A DNA stretch of 63,778 bases, filler included, from Reclinomonas americana ATCC 50394 (taxonomy: Eukaryota): NCBI GenBank assembly GCA_048213135.1. It is 4 parts of 4 records of this genome, joined end to end, with 100 filler letters (N's around TTAATTAATTAA, not from the genome) between each part and the next. Parts side by side here need not be neighbours in the genome. Positions count along the whole stretch, not along the records: positions 1 to 28,482 come from PS015142.1; 3 more parts are not named here. One strand, 5' to 3'. Positions 1 to 11,500 of the stretch are shown piece by piece. The notes beneath the pieces were generated by a model, which was not told the DNA's origin, did no database searches, and saw only the letters and a program-made list of their open reading frames with translations. Position numbers and translations under genes: made by a program. Numbering within the stretch: position 1 is the stretch's first letter; each line of letters opens with the position of its first letter.

Positions 1-16
1 GCGTGTCACAACGCAC

Positions 17-485
17 CAGACGCGTACGACGACACAAACTTCTCAAAGTTCTCCGCCGTCAGCTCGTCCTTGAAGTTGTAGTGCAGGTTGTTGATGTAGT
101 CATCGATGGCCACCGCCGGGGTGGTGCCGCTCAGACCGAGGCGCGTCTGGTGCGATCCAAAGTGCTCGCTGTGCGTGTGTGGCAAAAGTGAGGTGAGCAC
201 GGTGGACAAGGAAGCAATGGTGGTTGGCGTCACACTCAACTTGTCGAGGTAGATGAAAGTGAGGTTGCTCTTGTACTTGGAGGCGGTCGACTTCAGCGGC
301 TCGATCAGGCTCTGCACCGCCTTCTTGTCGCTCTTGTCGACAAAGACCAGGGCGAACGGCTTATTGCGCGACAGGAACTCGCCGGCGTTGTCAAAGGTGA
401 GCTCACCAAACACCGGGCTCGCCGTGTCGGTGAAGAACGACTCGAGCGACGAGCTCTTGTCGTATGCCACACGCGGCTCGTCGAA
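17..485 (-). CDS. PDI: Protein disulfide isomerase, b/b' domain exons (partial; contig apparently inverted relative to the rest of the gene)
   Basis: Translation FFTDTASPVFGELTFDNAGEF...PAVAIDDYINNLHYNFKDELTAENFEKFVSSYASG resembles the PDI b' domain. Has an internal intron (donor GTTGAGT at 240) and ends at a GTGCGT donor (nt 16) that joins in frame to the + strand exon at 1535. Confidence 0.75.
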
Positions 486-1534
486 NNNNNNNNNNNNNNN
501 NNNNNNNNNNNNNNNNNNNNNNNNNNNNNNNNNNNNNNNNNNNNNNNNNNNNNNNNNNNNNNNNNNNNNNNNNNNNNNNNNNNNNNNNNNNNNNNNNNNN
601 NNNNNNNNNNNNNNNNNNNNNNNNNNNNNNNNNNNNNNNNNNNNNNNNNNNNNNNNNNNNNNNNNNNNNNNNNNNNNNNNNNNNNNNNNNNNNNNNNNNN
701 NNNNNNNNNNNNNNNNNNNNNNNNNNNNNNNNNNNNNNNNNNNNNNNNNNNNNNNNNNNNNNNNNNNNNNNNNNNNNNNNNNNNNNNNNNNNNNNNNNNN
801 NNNNNNNNNNNNNNNNNNNNNNNNNNNNNNNNNNNNNNNNNNNNNNNNNNNNNNNNNNNNNNNNNNNNNNNNNNNNNNNNNNNNNNNNNNNNNNNNNNNN
901 NNNNNNNNNNNNNNNNNNNNNNNNNNNNNNNNNNNNNNNNNNNNNNNNNNNNNNNNNNNNNNNNNNNNNNNNNNNNNNNNNNNNNNNNNNNNNNNNNNNN
1001 NNNNNNNNNNNNNNNNNNNNNNNNNNNNNNNNNNNNNNNNNNNNNNNNNNNNNNNNNNNNNNNNNNNNNNNNNNNNNNNNNNNNNNNNNNNNNNNNNNNN
1101 NNNNNNNNNNNNNNNNNNNNNNNNNNNNNNNNNNNNNNNNNNNNNNNNNNNNNNNNNNNNNNNNNNNNNNNNNNNNNNNNNNNNNNNNNNNNNNNNNNNN
1201 NNNNNNNNNNNNNNNNNNNNNNNNNNNNNNNNNNNNNNNNNNNNNNNNNNNNNNNNNNNNNNNNNNNNNNNNNNNNNNNNNNNNNNNNNNNNNNNNNNNN
1301 NNNNNNNNNNNNNNNNNNNNNNNNNNNNNNNNNNNNNNNNNNNNNNNNNNNNNNNNNNNNNNNNNNNNNNNNNNNNNNNNNNNNNNNNNNNNNNNNNNNN
1401 NNNNNNNNNNNNNNNNNNNNNNNNNNNNNNNNNNNNNNNNNNNNNNNNNNNNNNNNNNNNNNNNNNNNNNNNNNNNNNNNNGTGTTTTTTGCATTTTTTT
1501 GGTTTTGTTGTCGCTCATTCTCCTCCTCATTCAG

Positions 1535-2835
1535 GCACCCTCAAGCCACACCTGCGCAGCGAGCCCATCCCGGCAAAGCAGGAGGGCCCGGTGACGGTGG
1601 TGGTCGGCGACTCGTTCGAGTCGGTGGTTCTCGATGCGAGCAAGGACGTGCTGGTGGAGTTTTACGCTCCGTGGTGCGGCCACTGCAAGAAGCTGACGCC
1701 CGTGTACGAGGCGCTGGCCGAGCACTTTGCCGAGGACAAGGGCCTGGTGATTGCCAAGTTCGACGCCACTGTCAACGACCCGCCGTCGACCGTTTCGATC
1801 GAGGGCTTCCCCACGATTCTCTTCTTCCCGGCCAACGACAAGGCCAACCCGATTACGTTTGAGGGCCCGCGCAAGCTCGAGGGCTTCATCTCGTTCATCG
1901 AGGAGCGCGCCACGGTCCCGGTGAAGAAGACGCCGAAGAAGGAGGAGGCGGCTGAGGCGGAGACGGAGGAGCCGAAGAAGGAGGAGTCGAAGGAGGAGGC
2001 GGCGGCGGCTGAGCCGAAGAAGGAGGCTGAGGCTGCTGAGCCGAAGAAGGAGGAGGCGGCGGCGGCGGCGGCTGAGGCCGAGGTGAAGAAGGCTGACGCT
2101 GAGGAGGAGGTGCAAGTCAAGGTGCAGAAGAAGGACAAGAAGAAGAAGGGCAAGAAGGACAAGGCCGAGGAGGAGGCCGCTCGCATCAAGGCGGAAGAGG
2201 AGGCCGATGCTGCTCGCCAGGCCGCGCTGCAGGCCGAGGCCGCGGCACGCAAGAAGGCGCAGGAGGAGGAGGAGGCTGCGCGGCGCAAGGCCGAAGAGGA
2301 GGAGGCCATCCGCTTGAAGGCTGAGGCGGCCGAGGCTGCCCGTCAGGCGGCGCAGGCGGCAGAGGAGGAGCGTGTGAAGGCTGTTGCGGAGGAGGAGGAG
2401 GCTCGCCAGAAGGCAGCCGCCGAGGAGAAGAGCAGCAAGAAGGCCAAGAAGGACAAGAAGAAGGGCAAGAAGGCGGCGGCGGCGGAGGAGGATGCCGCGG
2501 CTGCTGCCAAGAAGGCTGAGGAGGAGGCGGCCAAGAAGAAGGCCGAGGAGGAAGCCGAGGCGGAGGCGGCTGCAGCTGCAGCGAAGAAGGCCAAGGAGGA
2601 GGAGGAGGAGGCCAAGAAGAAGGCTGAGGAAGAGGAGGCAGCAGCGGCGGCGGCGGCCAAGAAGGCCGAGGAAGAGGCCAAGGCGGCAGCAGAGGAGGAG
2701 GAGGCCAAGGCGGCGGCAGCGGCGGCGGCAGAAGCCGAAGCGGCGGCAGCAGCGGCAGCCAAGAAGGACAAGGCCACCAAGCCGAAGAAGGACAAGAAGC
2801 GCATCGGCAAGAAGGCGCCCAAGGACGAACTGTAG
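1535..2835 (+). CDS. PDI: Protein disulfide isomerase, terminal exon: x-linker + a' thioredoxin domain + long K/E/A-rich tail, C-terminal KDEL
   Basis: LKPHLRSEPIP x-linker, DVLVEFYAPWCGHCKKL active site, EGFPTI cis-Pro motif, ends KDEL-stop. Polypyrimidine tract and CAG acceptor upstream. Confidence 0.93.
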
Positions 2836-3201
2836 ACGAGCAACATGGCCGCTCGATATCTCGTGAGGACAACTCTCAATACACGAAATCGGACATTGCT
2901 TTGCATCGTGTCGTTTCCACCGGCCCCGCACTCCCCACCACCCCCATGTGTCTGATCCGTGCCAAGTCGGTTGCAGAAGGGTCTCACGGGGCCGCACGCA
3001 CGAGTTGTCCGCAAACAAGGCCTTGTCGGTTGCAGAGAATTCTCGAACAAAGAGCCCGCCAAGAAATCAGACAAAATCGAGCGTCGTGGAGCCAACCTCC
3101 AACTCTCTTAGAACCTCGCACGCACGCAGAGACCACCCGCTCTCCCTCCCCTCCCTCCCCCTTACATACAAACGAACAACCACCACCACCACCACAACAT
3201 C

Positions 3202-3369
3202 ATGGCCGACACCGCCCTCGCCATGCTCCTCGACAGCCCCGCCGCCGCGGCTCTCTCACTCATCTTGTGTGGTGTGAGTGTCGCCGTGGGCGTCGCTCTG
3301 CTGGTGCTCCTCGTGCGCCACCTGCACGCACCTTCCAAGACGACCGCCGACGAACACGCATCACGAGTG
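3202..3369 (+). CDS. Hypothetical membrane protein, N-terminal fragment (runs into a gap)
   Basis: ATG followed by a hydrophobic stretch (LSLILCGVSVAVGVALLVLLV) with typical codon usage. Remainder hidden by Ns. Confidence 0.4.
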
Positions 3370-5549
3370 NNNNNNNNNNNNNNNNNNNNNNNNNNNNNNN
3401 NNNNNNNNNNNNNNNNNNNNNNNNNNNNNNNNNNNNNNNNNNNNNNNNNNNNNNNNNNNNNNNNNNNNNNNNNNNNNNNNNNNNNNNNNNNNNNNNNNNN
3501 NNNNNNNNNNNNNNNNNNNNNNNNNNNNNNNNNNNNNNNNNNNNNNNNNNNNNNNNNNNNNNNNNNNNNNNNNNNNNNNNNNNNNNNNNNNNNNNNNNNN
3601 NNNNNNNNNNNNNNNNNNNNNNNNNNNNNNNNNNNNNNNNNNNNNNNNNNNNNNNNNNNNNNNNNNNNNNNNNNNNNNNNNNNNNNNNNNNNNNNNNNNN
3701 NNNNNNNNNNNNNNNNNNNNNNNNNNNNNNNNNNNNNNNNNNNNNNNNNNNNNNNNNNNNNNNNNNNNNNNNNNNNNNNNNNNNNNNNNNNNNNNNNNNN
3801 NNNNNNNNNNNNNNNNNNNNNNNNNNNNNNNNNNNNNNNNNNNNNNNNNNNNNNNNNNNNNNNNNNNNNNNNNNNNNNNNNNNNNNNNNNNNNNNNNNNN
3901 NNNNNNNNNNNNNNNNNNNNNNNNNNNNNNNNNNNNNNNNNNNNNNNNNNNNNNNNNNNNNNNNNNNNNNNNNNNNNNNNNNNNNNNNNNNNNNNNNNNN
4001 NNNNNNNNNNNNNNNNNNNNNNNNNNNNNNNNNNNNNNNNNNNNNNNNNNNNNNNNNNNNNNNNNNNNGAGAGCGTGCGAATGTGCCGCGCGCCCGAGGC
4101 CGACGCCACACTGGTTGGCGCGCGTCCACCCGCGCGCGACAGCGGCGAGGCCGGTGGTGGCGGAGGAGTCGAGCGCAGTGGCGACATGACCGGCGACAGT
4201 GGCGGGGTGGAGCTCACCGAGGGCGAGCGGGTGAGCGCCGGGCGATGAATCGGCACCGCGTTGCGTCTGTAGATGAGAGCAAGTGTGAGTGAGCGAGAGT
4301 CGCGCACATCAACCTCGCCCCCCCCCTCTCTTTTATCTCACGCAACGGTGGCGATGGTGGTTGGCTTGTGGGTGAGCGCAGCGGGAGCGTCATCAACGCA
4401 GCGTCGTTGTCGGTGGCGGCGGTGTGCGCATGATGATGATTGTCGTCCGCTTCCTCTTCTTCTTCTTCNNNNNNNNNNNNNNNNNNNNNNNNNNNNNNNN
4501 NNNNNNNNNNNNNNNNNNNNNNNNNNNNNNNNNNNNNNNNNNNNNNNNNNNNNNNNNNNNNNNNNNNNNNNNNNNNNNNNNNNNNNNNNNNNNNNNNNNN
4601 NNNNNNNNNNNNNNNNNNNNNNNNNNNNNNNNNNNNNNNNNNNNNNNNNNNNNNNNNNNNNNNNNNNNNNNNNNNNNNNNNNNNNNNNNNNNNNNNNNNN
4701 NNNNNNNNNNNNNNNNNNNNNNNNNNNNNNNNNNNNNNNNNNNNNNNNNNNNNNNNNNNNNNNNNNNNNNNNNNNNNNNNNNNNNNNNNNNNNNNNNNNN
4801 NNNNNNNNNNNNNNNNNNNNNNNNNNNNNNNNNNNNNNNNNNNNNNNNNNNNNNNNNNNNNNNNNNNNNNNNNNNNNNNNNNNNNNNNNNNNNNNNNNNN
4901 NNNNNNNNNNNNNNNNNNNNNNNNNNNNNNNNNNNNNNNNNNNNNNNNNNNNNNNNNNNNNNNNNNNNNNNNNNNNNNNNNNNNNNNNNNNNNNNNNNNN
5001 NNNNNNNNNNNNNNNNNNNNNNNNNNNNNNNNNNNNNNNNNNNNNNNNNNNNNNNNNNNNNNNNNNNNNNNNNNNNNNNNNNNNNNNNNNNNNNNNNNNN
5101 NNNNNNNNNNNNNNNNNNNNNNNNNNNNNNNNNNNNNNNNNNNNNNNNNNNNNNNNNNNNNNNNNNNNNNNNNNNNNNNNNNNNNNNNNNNNNNNNNNNN
5201 NNNNNNNNNNNNNNNNNNNNNNNNNNNNNNNNNNNNNNNNNNNNNNNNNNNNNNNNNNNNNNNNNNNNGCTCTCCAGTGCCTCTTCGTATGAGATGCTGA
5301 GTGAGCATGCGCCGCCGTCGCCGCTGACTCCGCGCGCCGCCAGTGGCACACCGCCGCTGCCGGCGACCTGTATGCGCTGAGAGGGAGCGGCGGATATTCC
5401 ATGTTGTTTTTGACCCATTTTTGAATCACTCTCGCTTGCGCCGCAGTCAGCGAGACGGCTGTTTTTCCTCCCTGTTATATGTTTTGGTACAGCTCCACAA
5501 CCACACAAGATGCTACAAGAAAAGAATGAAACGTACACTCTACTTAGTA

Positions 5550-8500
5550 TCATGATCTTCCGTCGCGGATTTCGTCGTACACGGCCTGCCCGTGTGCCGT
5601 GAGCAGGAGGGCGGTGGAGGCGCCGGTTGTGCGCAGGCAGAACTGGGAGCGGAAGGCGCCGCGTCGGGGCGGGGTGAAGGTGATGGCGATGCGCTGGCGA
5701 GGCACCTCGCTGCCTTGCTCGCTGGCCCGCAGCACGCCGGCGTCCGGCTCGAAACGGAAGGCGTGCGGGTCGTCGCTCTCGGCCATGTCGCCCGCTTGAG
5801 CCATGAAGCGCGTGCCATTGGGTACGTGCTCCACGTGCCACCTGTGTATCGAGTGTTGTGAGGCAAAAGTAAAATCACCACTTGGCTGCATGCAACAACG
5901 AGCGACGCAACGACACTTGGTCGAAAGAGGGGTTCGACAGTACCACGGTGATGGTATAGGCCTTTTGTACGTTGCCAAAGTCCACGTCGGGCGTGTTGAG
6001 CTCGGCTTGCGGGAAGTGCAGCACACCGGCCAGCGGCAGGATTTGCGTGTGGTTGCTGGCGTAGTGGACCACCAACTCGCCCGTGAGACTGGTCGACGAG
6101 GCTGCGCGAGGGGAGGAGGAAGAGGAAGTCAGGCCACGAGAAAGGGTGATTTGTGAGTTCTTGCTCGACACACACACACACCTTCACCACCGGCGACCTC
6201 GTTCTCCTCGGCGCTCGGTCGCATCTCCGACGAAGGTGTGAATGCGACCAGAGCCTCCACCGAGTCTTGCGGACCGAGCTGGAAAATGGTCGACGGCGTG
6301 TCGGGTCGCGGAATCGCTTTCGACTTCAACGTACTGCCGCCGGCCAGCGGGTGACCCGGCGCCGAGGTGTGTGTCTTGATCAGGCGGAAGAGGTGCGAAG
6401 GACGGGCGTTCAACGAGAACACCAGCGTGGAGCTCGTCAAGTTGCGCAGCGTCATGGAGCGCACACAAGGGAACCCTGACGGAGCAGCTGCGCGAAGACT
6501 CAGCACGCGCGACACACAAACAGTGCACAAACATCACACACCATTAGCCGCGGCAGATGCCATCGGCGGTCGTGCTCGGGGCGCGCTGCCTCCACTGCGT
6601 GCTGATATTGCGCCGCCGCCGCCGCTGGCCTCCAGCGCGCTCACTTGCGAGTACGTGGTGGTGAACTTGAGCTTGTTGGATACGTCGGGCGTCAGGACCG
6701 GCACCTCGGTGGCGCCCGTCAGATTCACTCGCAGCTCGCGGAACAGCTCGTCGCGCGTGTTGCTCGGCGGCGGCAGTGCCTCGTGCGCAGAGGCAGGAGC
6801 CTGTCGTGGTGGGTTAGCCGATGCAGGCGGGATTGCGTGAACAGCACTTACAAACACACACCATGGGATGTGCGAGACTCGATAGACCGCGCAAGAAGAA
6901 CTGGTCGTGGATGCCGGGATCGGCCGGTGGCATAAATGTGACTGTGACTCGGCCGCTCTCGTGTGCGCGAACCAGCTGTTGACGATGTGAGAGTGCTGTC
7001 GGTGACGTTTTGCGAGAAATGCAACACGCACCACTTCTTCGGGCTCCACGAAAAACACGCTCGTGTCAGTCGGCGGCTCGTGGCTGCACGACACACCACG
7101 ACGAGGGTGAGCGAAAATAACACATGGAACGAGTACAAAGGGCGACGACGCAACGCAGAGAGTCGCGGTGTAATCTCGGCAGTATCCGGGNNNNNNNNNN
7201 NNNNNNNNNNNNNNNNNNNNNNNNNNNNNNNNNNNNNNNNNNNNNNNNNNNNNNNNNNNNNNNNNNNNNNNNNNNNNNNNNNNNNNNNNNNNNNNNNNNN
7301 NNNNNNNNNNNNNNNNNNNNNNNNNNNNNNNNNNNNNNNNNNNNNNNNNNNNNNNNNNNNNNNNNNNNNNNNNNNNNNNNNNNNNNNNNNNNNNNNNNNN
7401 NNNNNNNNNNNNNNNNNNNNNNNNNNNNNNNNNNNNNNNNNNNNNNNNNNNNNNNNNNNNNNNNNNNNNNNNNNNNNNNNNNNNNNNNNNNNNNNNNNNN
7501 NNNNNNNNNNNNNNNNNNNNNNNNNNNNNNNNNNNNNNNNNNNNNNNNNNNNNNNNNNNNNNNNNNNNNNNNNNNNNNNNNNNNNNNNNNNNNNNNNNNN
7601 NNNNNNNNNNNNNNNNNNNNNNNNNNNNNNNNNNNNNNNNNNNNNNNNNNNNNNNNNNNNNNNNNNNNNNNNNNNNNNNNNNNNNNNNNNNNNNNNNNNN
7701 NNNNNNNNNNNNNNNNNNNNNNNNNNNNNNNNNNNNNNNNNNNNNNNNNNNNNNNNNNNNNNNNNNNNNNNNNNNNNNNNNNNNNNNNNNNNNNNNNNNN
7801 NNNNNNNNNNNNNNNNNNNNNNNNNNNNTCCACCTCAAAGTGCACGTCCACGTGCCGCGCCGGTGGCTCGTCACGGTACACGCCCCAGCGAATGCGCAGG
7901 TCTGTGCGCGAGCCTCGCGTCAGTCATCAAAAGGAAACATGCGAGAGTTGGTGGGTCAACGTACCGGCCCCAGAGAGGTTCTTGAACTTGAGCTCCTTGG
8001 TCAGATTGGAGGCACCGACTGCGCACATGGCTGGCTCCCATCGCAGCAACGCGTACTCGCCGGGGCTGGAAGTCGTCGTCATCTCGCGGTTTGTGAAATG
8101 GTGTAATGAGGGTCCGGGGGCCGACAGCGACATTTGTGCGCCCTTGGGCAGCGAGCCACCAGTCATTGACATGGTGGCCAGCGTCATGTTCCCTGCGGTT
8201 TTGTCAGCGAGCGAACCAAAACGTGTAATGTAGTACAACGCGAGAACCGCACCTTGTGCTGCCACATCTTGTGCCGCCAGCTTCAAGCCAACAGTGTGCG
8301 CGTGGAGCACCAGTGGAATGCCGCTCACCAGCGCCACGATAGGCACGCGCGCCGCCGGCATGCCATCCACTTGCACCACCAACTCGTCGCGGTACTCGCC
8401 ACACACATTGTTGTACATGTTGACGTCGATGAGTGTGGTGGAGTACGGCGCAATGACACCCTCCCAGCTCGACAACTCGAACAGAGCGCCGTGTCGCGTC

Positions 8501-11500
8501 GACCGGAGGGCGTTCAACACGCGATCGCGTTCGTCCTCCATTTGCTTCTTGGTGGCATGATAGGCCTGTCCCTGTGCCGACTGGAACGCCGGTCCCTTGC
8601 CCTGCGATTCCCATCTCGTCAGCCACAACAACAACAACACCAGACAAATATGAGACACGCCACGAGGCTCTCCCAACCTGCGCAGTTGGATGTGCCAACA
8701 GAGTGCGCCGTTTCCGCACGCCTGACGCCTGGCTGTGTGCCTGCACGCGTGATCCTGCACGCGATCCAGTGGCCGACGATCCAGCCAATCGCGATGGCGG
8801 CTCCGGCCGCAGCACCGATGGTGGCGGCTGCGCCGGAATATCACCACGCAAGACCGACGACGTTGGCGTCTCACCTCTGGCAGTCAGCAGTNNNNNNNNN
8901 NNNNNNNNNNNNNNNNNNNNNNNNNNNNNNNNNNNNNNNNNNNNNNNNNNNNNNNNNNNNNNNNNNNNNNNNNNNNNNNNNNNNNNNNNNNNNNNNNNNN
9001 NNNNNNNNNNNNNNNNNNNNNNNNNNNNNNNNNNNNNNNNNNNNNNNNNNNNNNNNNNNNNNNNNNNNNNNNNNNNNNNNNNNNNNNNNNNNNNNNNNNN
9101 NNNNNNNNNNNNNNNNNNNNNNNNNNNNNNNNNNNNNNNNNNNNNNNNNNNNNNNNNNNNNNNNNNNNNNNNNNNNNNNNNNNNNNNNNNNNNNNNNNNN
9201 NNNNNNNNNNNNNNNNNNNNNNNNNNNNNNNNNNNNNNNNNNNNNNNNNNNNNNNNNNNNNNNNNNNNNNNNNNNNNNNNNNNNNNNNNNNNNNNNNNNN
9301 NNNNNNNNNNNNNNNNNNNNNNNNNNNNNNNNNNNNNNNNNNNNNNNNNNNNNNNNNNNNNNNNNNNNNNNNNNNNNNNNNNNNNNNNNNNNNNNNNNNN
9401 NNNNNNNNNNNNNNNNNNNNNNNNNNNCCCGTTGCGGAGACAGCGTCGGCCTGCGAGGGTGGTGACGAATTGAGACAAGACAATGAGAGCACACAAGTCA
9501 CATGCATGCCCACGCACCGCTGGGAACGACAGGCGATCAACATAGGCAGAGAACGCTGCACTGGCCGACGAGTGGTTTCGCACTGTCAGCGTCAGCGTCT
9601 TGCGCTCAAACAGGCCCACCATGCCGAAATCGAGACACGGTACTGGCGCCGTTGGCGGCCGCTCAGTCGGCGGTGCCGTCGTCGTGGCTCTTTCAAAGCA
9701 TTGATCCACCAGCCAAGAGGCAAAACTGCGCAGAGAAGGCGAAGGTGTGAATAACTAAATAACTGCAGACTGCAACCACGAGTGGCGACGGCGCGTGGGG
9801 GGTACGCACGGCTGAATGGGCTTGTTGACTCGATGAACATCGCCGTCGAACGCGTCGGCCGAGTCGGCAGTGGCAGTTCCCGCCGTGGCCTCGCTGGTGC
9901 CTTCGACAAACCCACTGGCAAGTGCGCCGACTTCGGCAGCGATTTGCGTGGTGACCTCCTGTGTATGCACAGTGAGTTCGTGATGATGGGATTTCAGCAA
10001 GGCGAGCTGAGCGACTCGCCTCCTCGTTGGCCACATCCAGCGACAGCACCATGCCCTCGGTGCGACCAGACACCGCCAGTGCAATCGGCGTCTCCATACC
10101 CTGAACCCAGCACGGTAGCAGGATGCGGAACGGACCCACGACGGTTGGCGTCACTTGCATCGTCAGCAGGGCGTCGGAGCACGGCGCAATGCGCCCAGTT
10201 GCCGCCGAAATGCCCACCATGCAGGCTGTGAACACACAAGGACGACCACGTGAGATCACAGTGTACTGCGCAAGCTCGCGCATGCACACACACACAAACC
10301 ATCAGCTTGCACACTGATCCACTCGAAATCGGCGGGCACAAGACTCAGATTCTGTAGTGTGATCTCAAACAGCTGCGGAACGTTGATGGTACACGGCGGC
10401 AGCTCGATCACCGGTGGTCTCATGACGACCTGAGCGCACCACAGTAAATACCGATGGCCACAGATACAAAAAGAGAGAGAGAGTCACGGAGGAGCACCTT
10501 TGGGGCGTCCACCACCGCTCGAACACTGATGAAGCAACTCTCGCCGTCTTCGACAGCGCATTCCACCAGACCCTCCAGACGGAACGGATACTCGGGATTG
10601 AACACGACCGACACAATCTGCGTGACACGAGGCGTCAGCTGCCTTTGCAAAATTAAGCGCACAGCAACATGTCGGCATGCACACCTCCTTGGATTTCTTG
10701 GCCAGCACACCCTCGGGAGGCAGGAAGAGGAACTTGGGTTGCTCCGACATTTCGTGCGTCAAGTCGTCACTGCACCACAGTAACGAGGATCGGAACGAGT
10801 AAGCATCTCACACAGCACACTGCATGAGAGACGAAACAGCGCCGCACCTGTCTCGCAACCGACTTGCCGTGACACGCTCGGCCAGCATCCAGTGCACCGG
10901 CGTCGGCGAGTCGTTGACCACGGTGAGTGTGGCGGCAACCTCGGTGCCGACCTCGACCACACCAAAGTCGATGGCGGCCTCCTCGAGGAAGACCTGCGGA
11001 CCGGCAACCTGGCCCGAGATGTACAGCTTCACTGGCCGCGCCGCGTCGAACTTGCATGGGAGGACGAGAGCCAGCGTTTGTGGAGAGTTGATCAGCAAGC
11101 TGACCTTGACCTGCAGGATGGTGGTAGGCGTTTGAGCCAAGGAAGAAATGAAGATGAATTCGAAGCATGAAAAGGAACGGACCTGCATGGCCTGGCCGGC
11201 TGCAATCTTGCCATTAAAAGGCTGCAACTGGATGGCGTACGGCCCGAAATCCGAGTCGTCGGTGGTGATGCCCTCGTAGTCACCGTGTGAGTCGCCCTCC
11301 AGTGATCGTGTTCTCTTGCGTTCCTCTTCGGCGTAGTTGTACTCGCGATTGTTGCGAATCCCATTGTGCACACCCTCCGGCAGCTCCCACTTGAACGACA
11401 CGGCAACATCGCCACGGTTGTGCAACGTAATGTACCGGTCGTAGCGCTCACCCAGCAGCATCTTGCCTTGGAAGGCAATGATGGGAGGCACCAGTTCGAC

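Noticed and set aside
253-2835. 860-aa ORF and other long ORFs spanning N runs
   Set aside because: Artefacts of translating through gaps; the flanks are unrelated or on opposite strands.
1531-3095. Long antisense and alternative-frame ORFs over the PDI tail
   Set aside because: Shadow frames of GC-rich low-complexity codons (GAG/AAG/GCG) that lack stops.
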